Shown here one piece after another: positions 1-13,240 of a DNA stretch of 64,000 nt (the first letter of the stretch is position 1; each line of letters opens with the position of its first letter). The position numbers were made by a program, and so were the translations under genes. The stretch is taken from positions 12,338,001 to 12,402,000 of the forward strand of contig OZ176050.1 in the NCBI GenBank assembly GCA_964247055.1. Direction: 5' to 3'. The notes under the pieces were generated by a model. That model worked only from the letters and a program-made list of their open reading frames with translations, was not told the origin of the DNA and searched no databases. The DNA comes from Paragordius varius. Lineage: Eukaryota; Animalia; Nematomorpha.

Positions 1-1883
1 AATATTAATATAATGCAAAATAAATCACTTTTTTCCGTTATTAATGTTAATGTGATTTTAGTAAAAAAAATTGAATATAGCGTTTGACTAAAAACCCGAT
101 ATATATCAAAGATGTAGTAAATAAAAATGACCTCGTAGTTGTTTGAATTGGAACTATTTTTCAACACTATTTTGGGTATATTGGAAATAAAATTTTCATT
201 AGGATAAAGGTGTAATCCAATTCTTTCAGTAGTTTTAATAATATCAATTTAAACATTTGGTCTCGGGTGTAGTCATCCTAATTTGAATTGATTGTTTAGC
301 TCTTAAAATTGATGGCGATGGAAGTGAAAAAAAAGTAAAAAAATTCTAAAATAAGATAACTAGATTTTAACCAAAACAACTTTAAAAACGATGATTTTAA
401 TACTTTAAGCTCTAGGATATAAAACTACCCCAAGATGTCATCGCCTACAAAAAAAGGTATTTAAGTGAAAAGAAAGTTATTTGCGCTTTTTTGGTAATTG
501 CTTGGTATCGGAGAAATGGCAAAATCAGCCCACATTTTATCAAATTAATTTTTGAAAGCTATTTATAATAGATTATTAAATTATATCCTAATTATATTTA
601 TAAAGCAAAAAAATATATTAAAATTAAAATTATAGATGTAGGCTTTATAACTAGTTTTTGGACCTTTATTTTTCTATAATAAACCCAAAAATGCCGATAA
701 TAAAATTTTTAATATATCCTGAATTATGACATCAAAAGGGAAAATTATTAAAAATGCAAACTGTTCTTCAAAATTTTAATTTTGGCTAAATTTTGTTGAT
801 GCATACTACAAGGTATTCTTAAGATGGTATAAATATAAGGTATAAACGGAAAAAATTGTTTTACTATAACTTATCTATAAAATACGATGCTGTACTTGCC
901 TTTCATCTCGGAATTTCGAAAGGTTTGCTTTGATAAAATTTAAATTTATGAGCTCCTTTTACATTAAAATTACCAAAAGAATTATGAGAATCCTGGTATA
1001 ATTTACTATCAGGAAATAAATAATTTAAGATATTTTTATCTCTCCCGATTTTGTTCACTGTCTAATGACTGTCATTACTGTATTTGTCTAAATGTGATCA
1101 AACACCCATAAAATCAAATACCAAGTTATCGAAAAAAAAAATGTATTTTAGTGCATGCATCAATGTTGCGTAAAAGCTATCTTAAAGTCCTTACAAAGTT
1201 TAAATATTTGATAAACAGTCCGGGTGATATTAGTGATCTTAATTTTTATCGAACGCCACAAATGGGCCATATAAAGAAGTGTAATAAATTTTTGTAAATT
1301 GTTCAATTTCAACAACACTATATTGTAAATATATAAAAGTCCATCAGAATTTTCGGAGCTATTACATTGGGATAATTATACTCTAGAATTTATTGCTATG
1401 TCACTACTGTTTATATAGTTGTTTTAATTAAAATATAATTATCAAACACTGTATTAGATAAAATTATTTTTACAGTTACTTCTACAACAAGGGTGTCTAA
1501 CAGCGGCTCTCTGAGATAATGTTTTAGCCCGCGAAATATTGGGAAAAGCTCCAATATATACAAAATACCATAAATTGCAAAAATATTTACAAAATTCAAA
1601 TAAAATTATTATTTCAACGATTTTCTATATATTTTTTGTAAATTTTTTTAATGAACTTACGAACATTGGTTAATTTAATAGTAATTATTATTGCTCGTAT
1701 ATTAATTTGCAATTTTATGTTAAAATCTAACATAATATTTTTCCCAAATATTTTTTTAATGCCGCCCGTTGACTTTTTTAAGGTAAATGGCGGCCCGCAA
1801 AGCCATTTGTATTGGAGATTCCTGTACTAGAGCTTAAAAATCAAAACTTTAAAACCCGATTGAAATAAACAGCTGATTTCAAC

Positions 1884-1919
<36 letters not shown>

Positions 1920-2742
1920 CAAATATTTACTGCTATCATGTAATATAGAAGCTTTCACTTAGATTTTTAAGCCTAATATACATTAATTTTTCTGATGGAC
2001 CGTGATTAAAAGTCTATAGAAAAAAATGGCGGCGAAAAAGTTTCAGACGGGGAACATTTTTACAATTATACAAAACTTTATACATCATGCGCCTAAAAGT
2101 CTAAAAAATGATAAATTTTGCACAGTATCTTATACACATTTTAAGATTATCATAAACTTTCTAAAATAGTTTATGGTTAAAATGCATCCAAAATTGTAAG
2201 TTGAAAAGAAAATATATTAAAAATACCATAATACCTTTTTCAGCCCTTACGGGTTATTCAAGTTATTTAGACTTTCATGGTAACTGCTCCCATAGGCAAA
2301 TAACAAAATTTGCACATTTTTTAAAAAATTTTAATATCACTAAACTATATCATAGACCACATCCAAAAAACAAATAATATTTTAATTTTTAGATGTTGAT
2401 CAGGAAATGCTTTCAAACGGGTCAGTTTTTTTGAAAAAAACTGGATTTTTTGCGAAATAATTTATAACAATTTGAATCCCACTTCGATGGAAACGGTATA
2501 AAAATAACATATATTATATAGTAACATTTTTCATATAAAAATAGTTTTAATTAAAAGGTTAGTTTTAATATTGGGTAAATTAGTGTAAAAGAACTTTGTA
2601 TTTAACAAAAATTGACGAAAAACGATTATAATAAAATTTTGAAGTGATAGAAATGTTCATCAACATTGAATTTAGGAAAAATTCGATTCATTTTATTATT
2701 AAGTGTACATTAAAAGAAAATATTGATTTAATATTTTTTTAT

Positions 2743-3058
2743 CTCATTTTGTATGTGGTTTCAATAACTAGTTAATAAAACGAATTGAGTATATTTAATT
2801 TCGAATAAATAAAAAGACAAATTTTTGTGTCACTCGAGTTTTTCATTTTCTGATATTAACTATCATTTTAACAGTAAACCTGAAATAAAAATTGTAATTG
2901 CTCATTTTGTATGTGGTTTCAATAACTAGTTAATAAAACGAATTGAGTATATTTAATTTCGAATAAATAAAAAGACAAATTTTTGTGTCACTCGAGTTTT
3001 TCATTTTCTGATATTAACTATCATTTTAACAGTAAACCTGAAATAAAAATTGTAATTG
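2743..3058. repeat. Perfect tandem duplication, 2 x 158 bp
   Basis: 2743-2900 (ctcattttgtatgtgg...attgtaattg) is repeated at 2901-3058 with no differences seen. Confidence 0.95.
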
Positions 3059-4151
3059 CCTAATAATTTTGTAAAATTTGATTTTTTTAATTCTGCGCCC
3101 TCTTTATCAAAATTTTACAAAAAAATATTTTCCTTTGCAAATGCCGATTTGTAAAATATCATTCGAAAAAGTAAAAATCATATATCTTTTACATGAATAG
3201 TTTATAGTGGACATGGGAAGCGATAAAGGCGGGAAGCGCGAGCGTTTTCCTTATTAATATATTTTTAAAACTAATTGATGAAAATAACTCAAACTTTGTC
3301 TAGATGGCAAATGTCCAAAAAAAATAACACAAGAAAGTTTTTGATTAAAACGCTTATTTATTGCTTTTTTGCCATACAAAACAGCCCTTCTAAATTTTTT
3401 CTTTTCATCATATCATTATTAATTTTTTTTAGAAGGCTTATAATTTCAAAATTTCAAAGTGAATATAGTTTAAAGTGTATTTGATCTTTTATAGCCATTA
3501 TATAATAAATTTCCAGTTATAACTAAGCATTTTAATATCCACTAGGTAAAATGGTTTTGATAATAATTTTTATTAAAAAATAAACAGCTTTTTCAAAAAA
3601 TTTTATTAAATTAAATACTAATGTAATCCTAATAATTATATTAAAATAATTTATATGAATTTCAAATTAGGATGTCTGTCAACATTTTTGACTTATTAGA
3701 GATTTAAAAATTTTTACCATATAAAGCCAAATAATTTTAACTCAGATTGAATTAAATGACTAACTAACTTTCAAAAGCTTGCGCTCTCAATAATACAAAA
3801 TTGCCATATCAAACTTTTAATTTTGAATATTCGAATTTAATGTTAAATCAGGGCCAAAAATTTTCGATAAACCCTAATAAAAAAATATTCTTAGGTGTTG
3901 TACCAATTTTTTCAGATATACTATTTATATACTTTGAAATTTTTAAATTTATAATAATGGCACTTATAAATTTCAAAATTTGTAGTTAATATACATAAAA
4001 TTATAATTGTCCTTTGGAAAAAAACACATTTTTGTCCCTCTCTATGTTTTAAGTTTTATCTTTGTGTCTAAAATATTAATTTACTGTAAAATGCATAGAT
4101 ATTTATTAATAACTAAACATGTGTTGGACATATTCTATAAATCAAAATAAT

Positions 4152-5135
4152 TTATCGTTTCTTGCCCCAGCTGAAAATAGGCCGAACTGCGTAAAAGTTA
4201 AGACGTGCGTCAGAAGGTGGCGGTGTTGATGCAACATATGGGACACTCTTTTTGGGTGTGGTTTTAGTATCTGCCGATCTTCGGGCCATTGGAATAGCTG
4301 CTGGTTTCACTCCAGTTTTTTTAGGCGTAGTTTTCTTGAAATCAGCTGTTTTCTTTGAAATTGGCGGGCCTCTAGTTTCAGTTTTGTTAGCTCCTTCTGG
4401 CAAAAACACAACTATTTCATAGCGCATTTTATTTTGTTCATGAACGGACATTTGCCCTTTGTTGTTGAGAGTTGCAATTTTATTCTTGTTGTCATTGATA
4501 TCAGCTTTACTATTATGAGGAGTGTTACCAGGATTAATTAATGGAAAATGTTGCGTTACATTTGAGGAGGCAGTTTTGGTTGTTTTTTGTGGTGACAAAG
4601 TCAAATTATTCTTCGATGTATTCTTTATCTCCTTCAATGATGGTAAGACAGGTAAAAAATTGCTTAGGGTTGTTTCATTGTGCCGAAGTGTATTAGTAGC
4701 ATTAGTTAATGATGGCATAATACCAATTTTATTGGGAGGTGTTGTTGTATTCATGGACATCATTACATTTGTTGTTGTTTTGTTAACCTTATTAATCATC
4801 TCAGGAGGGACAGCAGTTGTGTTTAAACTTGAAGCATTAAGGATGCTGATAGGTGGCACTACAATTCCAGCTGAAAAATTATTAGCTTTTGCTGTTTGCG
4901 TGAATGAGTTCTGGTTTATGCTGTTTTCCATTGAATCAATCGTTAATTTTGTTGTTTTCTCATGGCTAAGCGTTTCTGTTAATTGATTACTTAATTTTTC
5001 ACAGGCTAAAAGAGCAGTCTTGTTCAAACCAATATTCACTTGTGCTAAAACGTCTTCTAAGTCTTTGAACGTAAATTCTACAGAAAAATTGGAGGCTACT
5101 ATTTTTATTACAATCTCATCGGCCATATTGGTCAT
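4152..5135 (-). CDS. Orphan intronless ORF, 327 aa, Thr/Asn/Lys/Pro-rich low complexity
   Basis: 984-bp open frame in DNA where chance ORFs are short; more GC-rich than its flanks; no recognisable domain; TPKK occurs twice near the C-terminus. Confidence 0.6.
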   Translation of the reverse strand: MTNMADEIVIKIVASNFSVEFTFKDLEDVLAQVNIGLNKTALLACEKLSNQLTETLSHEKTTKLTIDSMENSINQNSFTQTAKANNFSAGIVVPPISILNASSLNTTAVPPEMINKVNKTTTNVMMSMNTTTPPNKIGIMPSLTNATNTLRHNETTLSNFLPVLPSLKEIKNTSKNNLTLSPQKTTKTASSNVTQHFPLINPGNTPHNSKADINDNKNKIATLNNKGQMSVHEQNKMRYEIVVFLPEGANKTETRGPPISKKTADFKKTTPKKTGVKPAAIPMARRSADTKTTPKKSVPYVASTPPPSDARLNFYAVRPIFSWGKKR

Positions 5136-5253
5136 TTCATCAGCTGATTTGTTTTGGGAAACGACGAAATTTGTAAATATTATATATTTATATATATATA
5201 CATATATATATATAAGAAAATAAAATTTTTTACTTATTAATATTAATTAATTA

Positions 5254-5520
5254 CAGTAAAAATTGGAGAATTATGCGGACTCACAAAACGAAATATCAAA
5301 TATATTTATCTAAAAAACAACCAAACTCTTAATTTTTTAAATATATAGATCATTGTTTAAAACTTTTAAGTATATATTAGAGATTTATAAAGGTAACACA
5401 AGTAATTATATATTTTACAATAAATGATATTTATATGATAAATTAGGGTTTAAAATGTCTTTTGAAAAAAATATTGTCTTAATAATTTTACGTTTTGTCC
5501 GTATATTTCAATTTTTACTG
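5254..5520. mobile_element. MITE family A (Tc1/mariner-type, ~270 bp)
   Basis: TA|CAGTAAAAATTGGAGAATTATGCGGAC ... TTTTGTCCGTATATTTCAATTTTTACTG|TA; imperfect TIRs and TA on both sides. Confidence 0.85.
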
Positions 5521-5606
5521 TAAAATTTTAGGCATTTTGTTTTAATGGTATTATTAATTTTTGTAAAAAATTATATTTAAAAAAAATAATTACCTTATTC
5601 TATTTA

Positions 5607-5917
5607 TACCATTTTTAACACTTCGATTCAAATTGGGGTACCTATATACAGACTAAATTTAAATTAGGATTTTTAATAAAACTACTGATGGAAACGGTCC
5701 CAATTTAAATTTATGTTTCTATCCTAATAAAAATCATATAAATATGCCAAAATATCTAAATAAAATTTTGTTTTGAAAAAAAAGTTTCATGTCAAACTAC
5801 TTCGACGCCATTTTTATTTTAAAATATTTTGCAAAATATCGTCTTCATTTAATTCGAAGGGTAAAATTAAAGCTAATTTTTTATTTTAATTACATCTAAC
5901 ATAAAGTGACCAGATAG
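5607..5917. repeat. Dispersed repeat family C (probable non-autonomous DNA transposon)
   Basis: Reverse-complement copy at about 9066-9359; a diverged copy at about 50240-50425; related pieces near 8230-8295 and 49930-49985. Confidence 0.75.
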
Positions 5918-7193
5918 GCTGTTTTTCGCAGTACAGTACTGGGTTTTCTAAAAAAAACCGCGCCTGTACTGCCCTGACTTTTGTACTGTATTTTTGAAAT
6001 TTTTTTTATAAATATGTTTTAATTACCATTTATATATACAAGTTTTGTTTGTAGAATTCGATAGAGTACCCTTAGTTAAAATAAATAAATGGTTTTTTAA
6101 CTGTAAAAAACTATGGCCTTTAATTTTAATATTTTATTTTCTGCTCTAATTATACATAAGTCGGGTTTTGGACCGGTCAAATCGCTTATGAATGCAGCCA
6201 TCGCGAAGTGGCGGAACTACCAATATCAGACTCCAGATTTAGGCCAACCTTTCACTCAGGGCTTCCGCAAAAGGGACCTCAAAAATAAACAAAAAATAAA
6301 TTAATATTTCAGTAATTTTATCTTTTGAAATTCATCTTGTTTCATATAAGTTTCGGCTAAATTAAATTTATTTGAGTTTACTTTAATTATAATATATCAA
6401 ACGGAAAATTTTTATATTTCCGCTTTTTAAAATTCATTATATTTGGTTTCGATATAACCTTTTTTTTCTAGGAATAAAACAATTCTTTAATGTTTTGGGA
6501 TTCCTTAATATTTTGCCTCCCTAAACTTTAATTTTTAGCCAGTTTTTTTTATTCTTTTGTGTATAAACAAATTTACAGACCTATTTTAATTTTGGCATAA
6601 ACACACACATAATAATTTTTTTTATTAATTCTTTTCATTTTAATTTTCTTTTCCGTGCTTTTTCTATAAACAAAATATGGACTACGGAAAAAACACAACT
6701 CACAATAGATACCTTGAAAGCAATAGTAATAGTCAAAAATACAGAAGAAAATTGTGAAGCTTTTTTAGATAAAATTTCGCAAAACCATAAATTATTGAGA
6801 CAAATACATAAATCTGAAAAATATATATATAATTTATTATTTTTAGATATTATTACTATTATAAAAAAATAATTATTCATTAATAATTATGTAACGTCAT
6901 ATACCATTGATTGGGTAGACTCAGAACTATTCAAAGTCGGCATTTGGATAATTTTCTATCCATTCACCTATCTTTTTTTCATCAACGCATAGTTTTACCT
7001 GCTGTCAAATAGTAATTTTTTCTAAAAAGCTATGGAACAGAACTTTCATAAGATGGTGTGTGAATGATTTTATCTGCACGGCAACATCTTATAAAAACCA
7101 GATATATTGTTTCCCTCTATTTTTATTATCATATATTGGTAATTATATTGTTTTTGACAATTATCTTTTTTTAAAACAAATATACCATTATAA

Positions 7194-7769
7194 TCTATAT
7201 ATTTATGAAAATGGAAAGTAGTGGCTTGGTGATCTATTTCCGGGAAACCGGTAGATCCAATCAAATCCAAATGTCGAAAAAATATAATCATTAATGAATG
7301 CCCCGACAATAGCTTCGCCCTTTTTTGAATTAGGCCCCCAGTTCGGGCCTACCCCGTGTAAAAAACGGTTTTTTTGAAAACACAAGTCCACAAAAATCGT
7401 GTCTTAGAGAGAATTTTCTGGAAAACGTGTTGGACCATTCAATTTCAAATATGATTTTTGTTTACTTATTTTCGATTGCGCTGAACATAATCGGCTCGCT
7501 TTTTTAATTAAGGCCCTCTTTTTAGCCGCTCCTCCCGTAAAATGCCATTTTTCCAAAAAAATTCAAAATTAATTGAATCTATTTTTCGCCCAAGTAAACA
7601 ATATATTAGTATGAAAGCACCGTTTTCAATTCCTATGAGATCATAGCTAATAAATCGTGTTTCGAAATAATCCACATATGTGGATCATTATATTGTCCCT
7701 TTTTTCAAATAGCTCCCCCCAGTCCGAAGGACTTCCTCGGGCTGCGTAGCAGCACGAGATTTACGCTAG
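7194..7769 (+). mobile_element. Non-autonomous Helitron, copy 1
   Basis: Inserted between A and T; 5' TCTATATAT; 3' hairpin CTCGGGCTGCGTAGCAGCACGAG followed by ATTTACGCTAG|T; first ~390 bp are shared with 10714-11100. Confidence 0.85.
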
Positions 7770-7993
7770 TATTATTATATATCCATATATATAACATATG
7801 ATATAATTATATGTACATACATTTATATTAAATTTTTAATAAATTTATTGGATAATTTAATTGTTTCTAATGAGCTTATAAATAGTAGCGAACAATATCA
7901 TTTAATATAAAACACCGAAAATCCGGTTAAAAAATAGGCAAAGTATGTTTTAATTTTGTACTGCGCCAGGGTTCTAAATATCTGGTCACATTA

Positions 7994-9075
7994 ATCTAAC
8001 ATTGATAGAAATAGAAAAAGCGGTTTATTTTTATAATTTTTAATTGTAACATTTCACATATGTCACGTTGACGAAATTTTTACCTTTCGGTTTCTTAAAA
8101 TAAGTAATATCAAGTATTTTTGAATAAAATTTTTTATATATTACGGTTTATTAATAATGTTATATAAGTGAAAAATTTTGCCATGGTTTCGATTCCGTCC
8201 ATATTTTTTAAAGAATTTAATATTAAACATGGGTATCCAACTAACCCAATTTGAATCGAAGGACTAAAATGAATGTGTTCTATCCAAGTGTTAAATATGC
8301 TAAAAATAAAATGTCTATTTTTAGAATTTCGACCAGCAATAATAATTTTAGAAACCAATTTTTGAGTTCATTAATTATTCATTTATTAGCAATAAAATCT
8401 AAATATATCAATCTATATGAACTTTAATCAATAGTAAAAGTTAAAAATTTGTTAAACAACCATTCAAGGTAAATACCCTCTCTATATTAAACAAAAAATA
8501 TATTTTTTTAACAACAAAGTATATATAAAATTTTATATTATATCTAATTATAATATAATATATTATAAACAAATATAATTTGAAATATATATATATATTA
8601 TCAAAAAAAAATTTCCGAATTTTAAAAATTGGGGCTATATTATATATTTATCAATTTTTTTGAGAAAGTTAATATAAAACAACATAAATAAACAGGAATG
8701 AGGAATTGTAAATAAATGAAAGTATTTTTGTCATTAAAAATATATATATTTTGTCATTGCACACATATACAGTAAGTATACTGTATACATGTTAATGATG
8801 GCTTATTTCACACTATAGTTGGGCAATTTGCAACCAGGAGTGTATGGAAAAATCAACAAAATGTTGAATAAACAAATATTTCCTTTCTTTTTTCCATCAT
8901 ACCCTCCTGTGTGCTGCAAATTCCCCTACTAAAGTTTTATTCAAAAATACTTGATATTACTTATTTTGAGCTAAAACTGAAAGGTAAAAATTTAGTCAAC
9001 GTGACATGTGTCAAATTGTAAAATTAAAAAATAATACAAAATAAACCGCTTTTTCTATTTCTATCAATGTTAGAT
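7994..9075. repeat. Inverted repeat pair (~140-bp arms at 7994-8132 and 8934-9075) around an ~800-bp spacer
   Basis: atctaacattgatagaaatagaaaaagcggtttatt... on the left is the reverse complement of ...aataaaccgctttttctatttctatcaatgttagat on the right. Confidence 0.8.
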
Positions 9076-9458
9076 GTAATTTATATAAAAAATAAGCTTT
9101 AGTTTTACCCTAAATATTAAATTAAGACGATATTTTGCAAAATTTTTGTAAAATAAAAATGGCGTCGAAGTAGTTTGAGATGGAACTTTTTTTTCAAAAC
9201 AAAATTTTATCAAGATATTTTGGCATTTTTATATAATATATATCAGGATAGAAGCATAAATTTAAATTGGGACCGTTTCCTTCAGTAGTTTTTTAAAAAT
9301 TTTAATTTAAATTTAGTCTGGGGTATTTAGATACCCCAATTTGAATCGAAGTGTTAAAACTGTTTTTATTCATATTATATAAACTTATTGTTATAAAAAA
9401 CAGACATCTGTCTTCATTAGCTATTGCGTAATCGTTTTAATCAAATTTAGAACATAAA

Positions 9459-9738
9459 CAGTCAAAATTAAAATTATACGGACAAAACTTAAAAATATAA
9501 AGACAAGACCAATATTTTTTCTAACAGACGACGTGCGATACTTTTTAAATCATGACTATTTTTTTGTTTTAAACAGAAAAATATATAATAGAGATGTTAA
9601 TTGGTAACACCATCAATATATATAATTGTTATTAACTTTAGATAAAGGAAAAATAGTTTAAAAAATAGGTTGTCCTTTGAGAAATTGAGAAAAAAAGTTT
9701 TGTCTTTATATTTTAAGTTTTGTTTCAATTTTTACCCT
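9459..9738. mobile_element. MITE family A, degenerate copy
   Basis: CAGTCAAAATTAAAATTATACGGACAAAAC left end; right end and internal ggttgtc motif are eroded. Confidence 0.6.
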
Positions 9739-10200
9739 TTATAATTTGTTTTGCCATTCCCTTTTCAATCTCAAAACGGTGAGTTATTTAAAAAATCAAG
9801 ATTTCAAAAGTATGGTTTGTCTTTTATAAAAAAAAGATTGTCGCAAAATTTAATTTTTTACTATAAATTTCATACTTTGATATGATGGAATTTTTAAAGC
9901 TCCCAAAAATACAACTATAATATTGAGATAATTAAACATTTTGATAATAATTTAATAAATAAAAAATTTATTCGAAGAAATAAATAAAATGCAAAAAAAT
10001 AACACGTGGCACACTTATTAAAATTACAGTACAATTAATATACTAATAAATAAACAATTGATTGATATTTATTTCTAAAATTGGCAATTGATTATTTTTT
10101 TATAAAAACAATTTAAATGAACTATATTTTTTGACTATCCAGTGTTTTTTGTTTAAAGCTAAAATTAGATAAATGCATAGTTTAAAATTTTCAATAAGAT

Positions 10201-10428
10201 ATACTTCAATTCACTCATGATTCAAATTCACCCTAAAATAAAATATATGTTTTTTAAGATTAAACATTACCTATATTTTTTATATTATTAAAAAATGGAA
10301 TTTTGTTTGTAATTAAATTGAAAAAATAACAAACTAAAAGCTATAAAAATATATTTCGTATTAATAAGGAGTTAAATTAGCCCGAAAACACATAATTTAT
10401 TTTTATGGTGAATTTGAATTGTAAATGG
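10201..10428. mobile_element. MITE family B, partial copy
   Basis: ttcaaattcaccctaaaata subterminal motif and ...gtgaatttgaattgtaaatgg|TA end, as in copies at 35582, 52286 and 53320. Confidence 0.7.
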
Positions 10429-10713
10429 TATATTTAATGGAATTCAAAATACAATGCCAATTTCATTATTTACTGCTTTGCTTAGAAAAGCTTATTATCA
10501 AGGTTCTGAGAATTAAAGTCCTGATTGTGTCTTTAAGAAAATTTTTTTGACATTTTAATTTTTAGTGGTAACTTTCAATTAATTAAATATGTCATTTTAA
10601 ATCAGGGGTGACTAACCTTTTTTTCCCGCGGGCTACTTTTTTGCAATAAAATTTCGCGGGCACGTATGAATATTAAGTATTAAAATATATCACTTCAACG
10701 CAAATGATGCTAA

Positions 10714-11706
10714 TCTACATATTTATAAAAATGGAAAATGCTGGCTTTGTGATCTGTTTCCGGAAAACCGGTAGACCCATTCAAATCTAAATGTCGAAAA
10801 AATATAATCATTTATGAATGCCCCGACAATAGCTTCGCCCTTTTTTGAATAGGCCCCCAGTTCGGGCCCATCCCGTGTAAAAAACGCGTTTTTTTTGAAA
10901 AAACAAGTCCACAAAAATCGTGTCCTTGAGACAATTTTCCGGAGAACGTGTTGGATCATTTATTTTCAAATATTATATTTGTTTACTTATTTTCGATTGC
11001 GCCGAACATAGTCGTCTCGCTTTTTTAATTTAGGCCCTCTTTTTAACCGCTCCCCCCGTAAAATGCCATTTTTTTTAAAAAAAGTCCATAAAAATAATTT
11101 TTTGATTCTATTTTTCGACTAAAGTATGAGACCGTAAAAATTCAATAAGATTCCACGTATTCCCTGTTAAAAGGCAAAAGTTTTCAAGCGTTTCTTTGAT
11201 GATAGCTACTGAGTAAGGCCCTACCCGCGAAAAACTGAACCTCATATCGAAATAGCGTGCTTTTGTGGCTGAATTTCAGACCTCTCAGACCTGAGTTCAA
11301 TAGCTGCTCAAAATAATACCCGTAAAAAGTCAAATATTTTAGTCGAGCGGATTTTTTGAATTAGCCGTAAATAAGCCCTTTACTCCCTAAAAAATGCGCT
11401 ATCATTGAACTATTATTCAGTTTTGAAGCCATTCTTTCAAAAACTATTAGGAATGAACGCTGATTCTAGGTATAAAGGAAATTTTTTTTATCTAACTACA
11501 TTTTTATAATGGCCTCTGGGTAGGGGGCTACTTGCCTACAACTGCGCCATCATATCGATGCAGCATGCCTTTGGAGCCAAATTTCAGAATACGAGACTAC
11601 GTGAATCATTTTAAAACTTCGTGCCGAATAACAAAATTGCTTATAAAATCAAAAATGCCCCCCCCCCCCCCAGAAATCCGAAGGACTTCCTCGAGATTTA
11701 CGCTAG
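10714..11706 (+). mobile_element. Non-autonomous Helitron, copy 2
   Basis: A|TCTACATAT ... CCGAAGGACTTCCTCGAGATTTACGCTAG|T; same termini as copy 1, different and longer interior, 17 bp of the terminal hairpin missing. Confidence 0.8.
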
Positions 11707-12249
11707 TATATATATATATATCCCAGTAAAAATTTAATTTGTGTTAAAACAGCCTGGTTACAGAGATTTGTAAGAACTGTTGGTTGAAATTCCACTAATT
11801 TTCTATTTTGCATAAATTATATATTTAAAAATTCCACTCATGTAAGATTCCAAGATAAAACAGTCTAATTTTTTTTAAGACTAACCAGATAACAAAAAAA
11901 TGAAAAAATAAAAAACAATATTTTTTGGTTTTATTTTGATAAAGTTTTTTTTACTAAATAAAATATAAATTATAGTGAATTTGGCTAGTATATATAGTTT
12001 CATAAAAAAAATTTGTCTTTTAAGTGTGTTAGAAGAAAAACGCCATCTTTAGCTGATATATATTTTTAGAAACCCTAAATATATAATTTTGGGTATTTAT
12101 ATATTGAAAATAACTCCTAAAATGACAATCAACCATAATATTTCAACTTTTATCATTATTTTTTAAATCCTTAATTTTCACTTTTTGCCCGATTTTGATT
12201 TTCTCTTAATGTTTCCAAAACTAGGTCGTAAACAAATAAAAATTTTACG

Positions 12250-13240
12250 GCAAATGAATACGCTGATCATAAGCCATCTCGTAAAAAAAAAATTTTTTTG
12301 TTATAAAAATTAACCCTCTTTTTGCATTGACGAGAATAAAAACGCATAATTGCGCAATGCCAACGTAATCGGTGGATTTGTCAATTTGAAGCGAAACAAC
12401 TGTAGATGATTTAATATTTTCATGAAAATTTCGGTATGATTCTGATTATGATCATCACCTCTCCGCATAATTGTGTTTGTAGACTGGGCTAAGCTTTATA
12501 TTGATTCCATAGTATTTTTTTTATCTTCATAATTTTCAAACAGCACTTTCTCCGTAAAAGATTTGTTGTTTTTATTAGGATTAATATTTGTAGTTGCAAT
12601 TAATATTTTTTTGATTTCGAATTTCGAATATCCGAATTAGTGTTTGATAGTTCATGTGAAGCGTAATAAAATTTCTTTGAACATTTTGGCAAAGCCACGG
12701 TGGAGTTGCATATAAGTACATTTATCATTATTTATCATAAAAAAATAATCATAATCCCATTAATTTCTATAATTATATATTTTAGCATTTTTCTGGCTTT
12801 AATTGAAGCTTAAGGACACCCGTTTTTGAATGTAACTGTTTTTTATGGAAATCACAATTGTTTAAAGTTCGAATAAAATTATTATTATAGCAAAGATCGT
12901 TGCCGATTTATTGCTTTTTCGAAGGTATATTTTCTCCAGTTTATTTGATTGTAAGCGAGTGTTGTTAGCTGTTGTAAAGAAAGATTGGTTTCTTTGGTTA
13001 GGTTTTCGATCCAGCGCATCTTGCAGCGTCCACGTTTCTTGGATCCTTCGACCTTGCCCGTCATTCGTTGGAATTCCAATATAAATATAAAATAAAATTT
13101 TAAACACAATATAAAAATTAAATTATAATTTTGTAGAAAAAATTTTATGTAAAATATTTTTTACATTTTTTTTTACAAATTTTCAGATGGTCACGTTTTG
13201 AAATTACGCGGTCACGAAGTCGATCGTTTGGCCACCCCTG
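12250..13240 (-). mobile_element. Degenerate hAT (Charlie/GTF2IRD2-SCAND3-type) element remnant
   Basis: Minus-strand end CAGGGGTGGCCAAACGATCGAC at 13240; frameshifted peptide remnants VVSLQIDKSTDYVGIAQLCVFI and SLAQSTNTIMRR resemble the hAT motifs FSLQLDESTD..AQL..F and SLSRNTVARR. A possible partner TIR (CAGGGGTGACTAACC) is at 10603, but no TSD matches. Confidence 0.65.
12885..13075 (-). mobile_element. 3' fragment of an RTE/BovB-type LINE ORF
   Basis: GKVEGSKKRGRCKMRWIENL...LAYNQINWRK resembles the conserved RTE C-terminus (GK.EG.R.RGR...RW.D.......A..R..WR). Confidence 0.7.

Noticed and set aside
4522-4986. 154-aa plus-strand ORF, and similar shadow ORFs at 29877-30122, 34279-34494, 38448-38827, 57914-58111 and 58386-58598.
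   Set aside because: Antisense or off-frame shadows of real coding exons.
7203-10959. ORFs 7203-7391 and 10723-10959 share the peptide SKKGEAIVGAFINDYIFSTF.
   Set aside because: Both are antisense reads of the shared Helitron 5' region, not paralogous genes.
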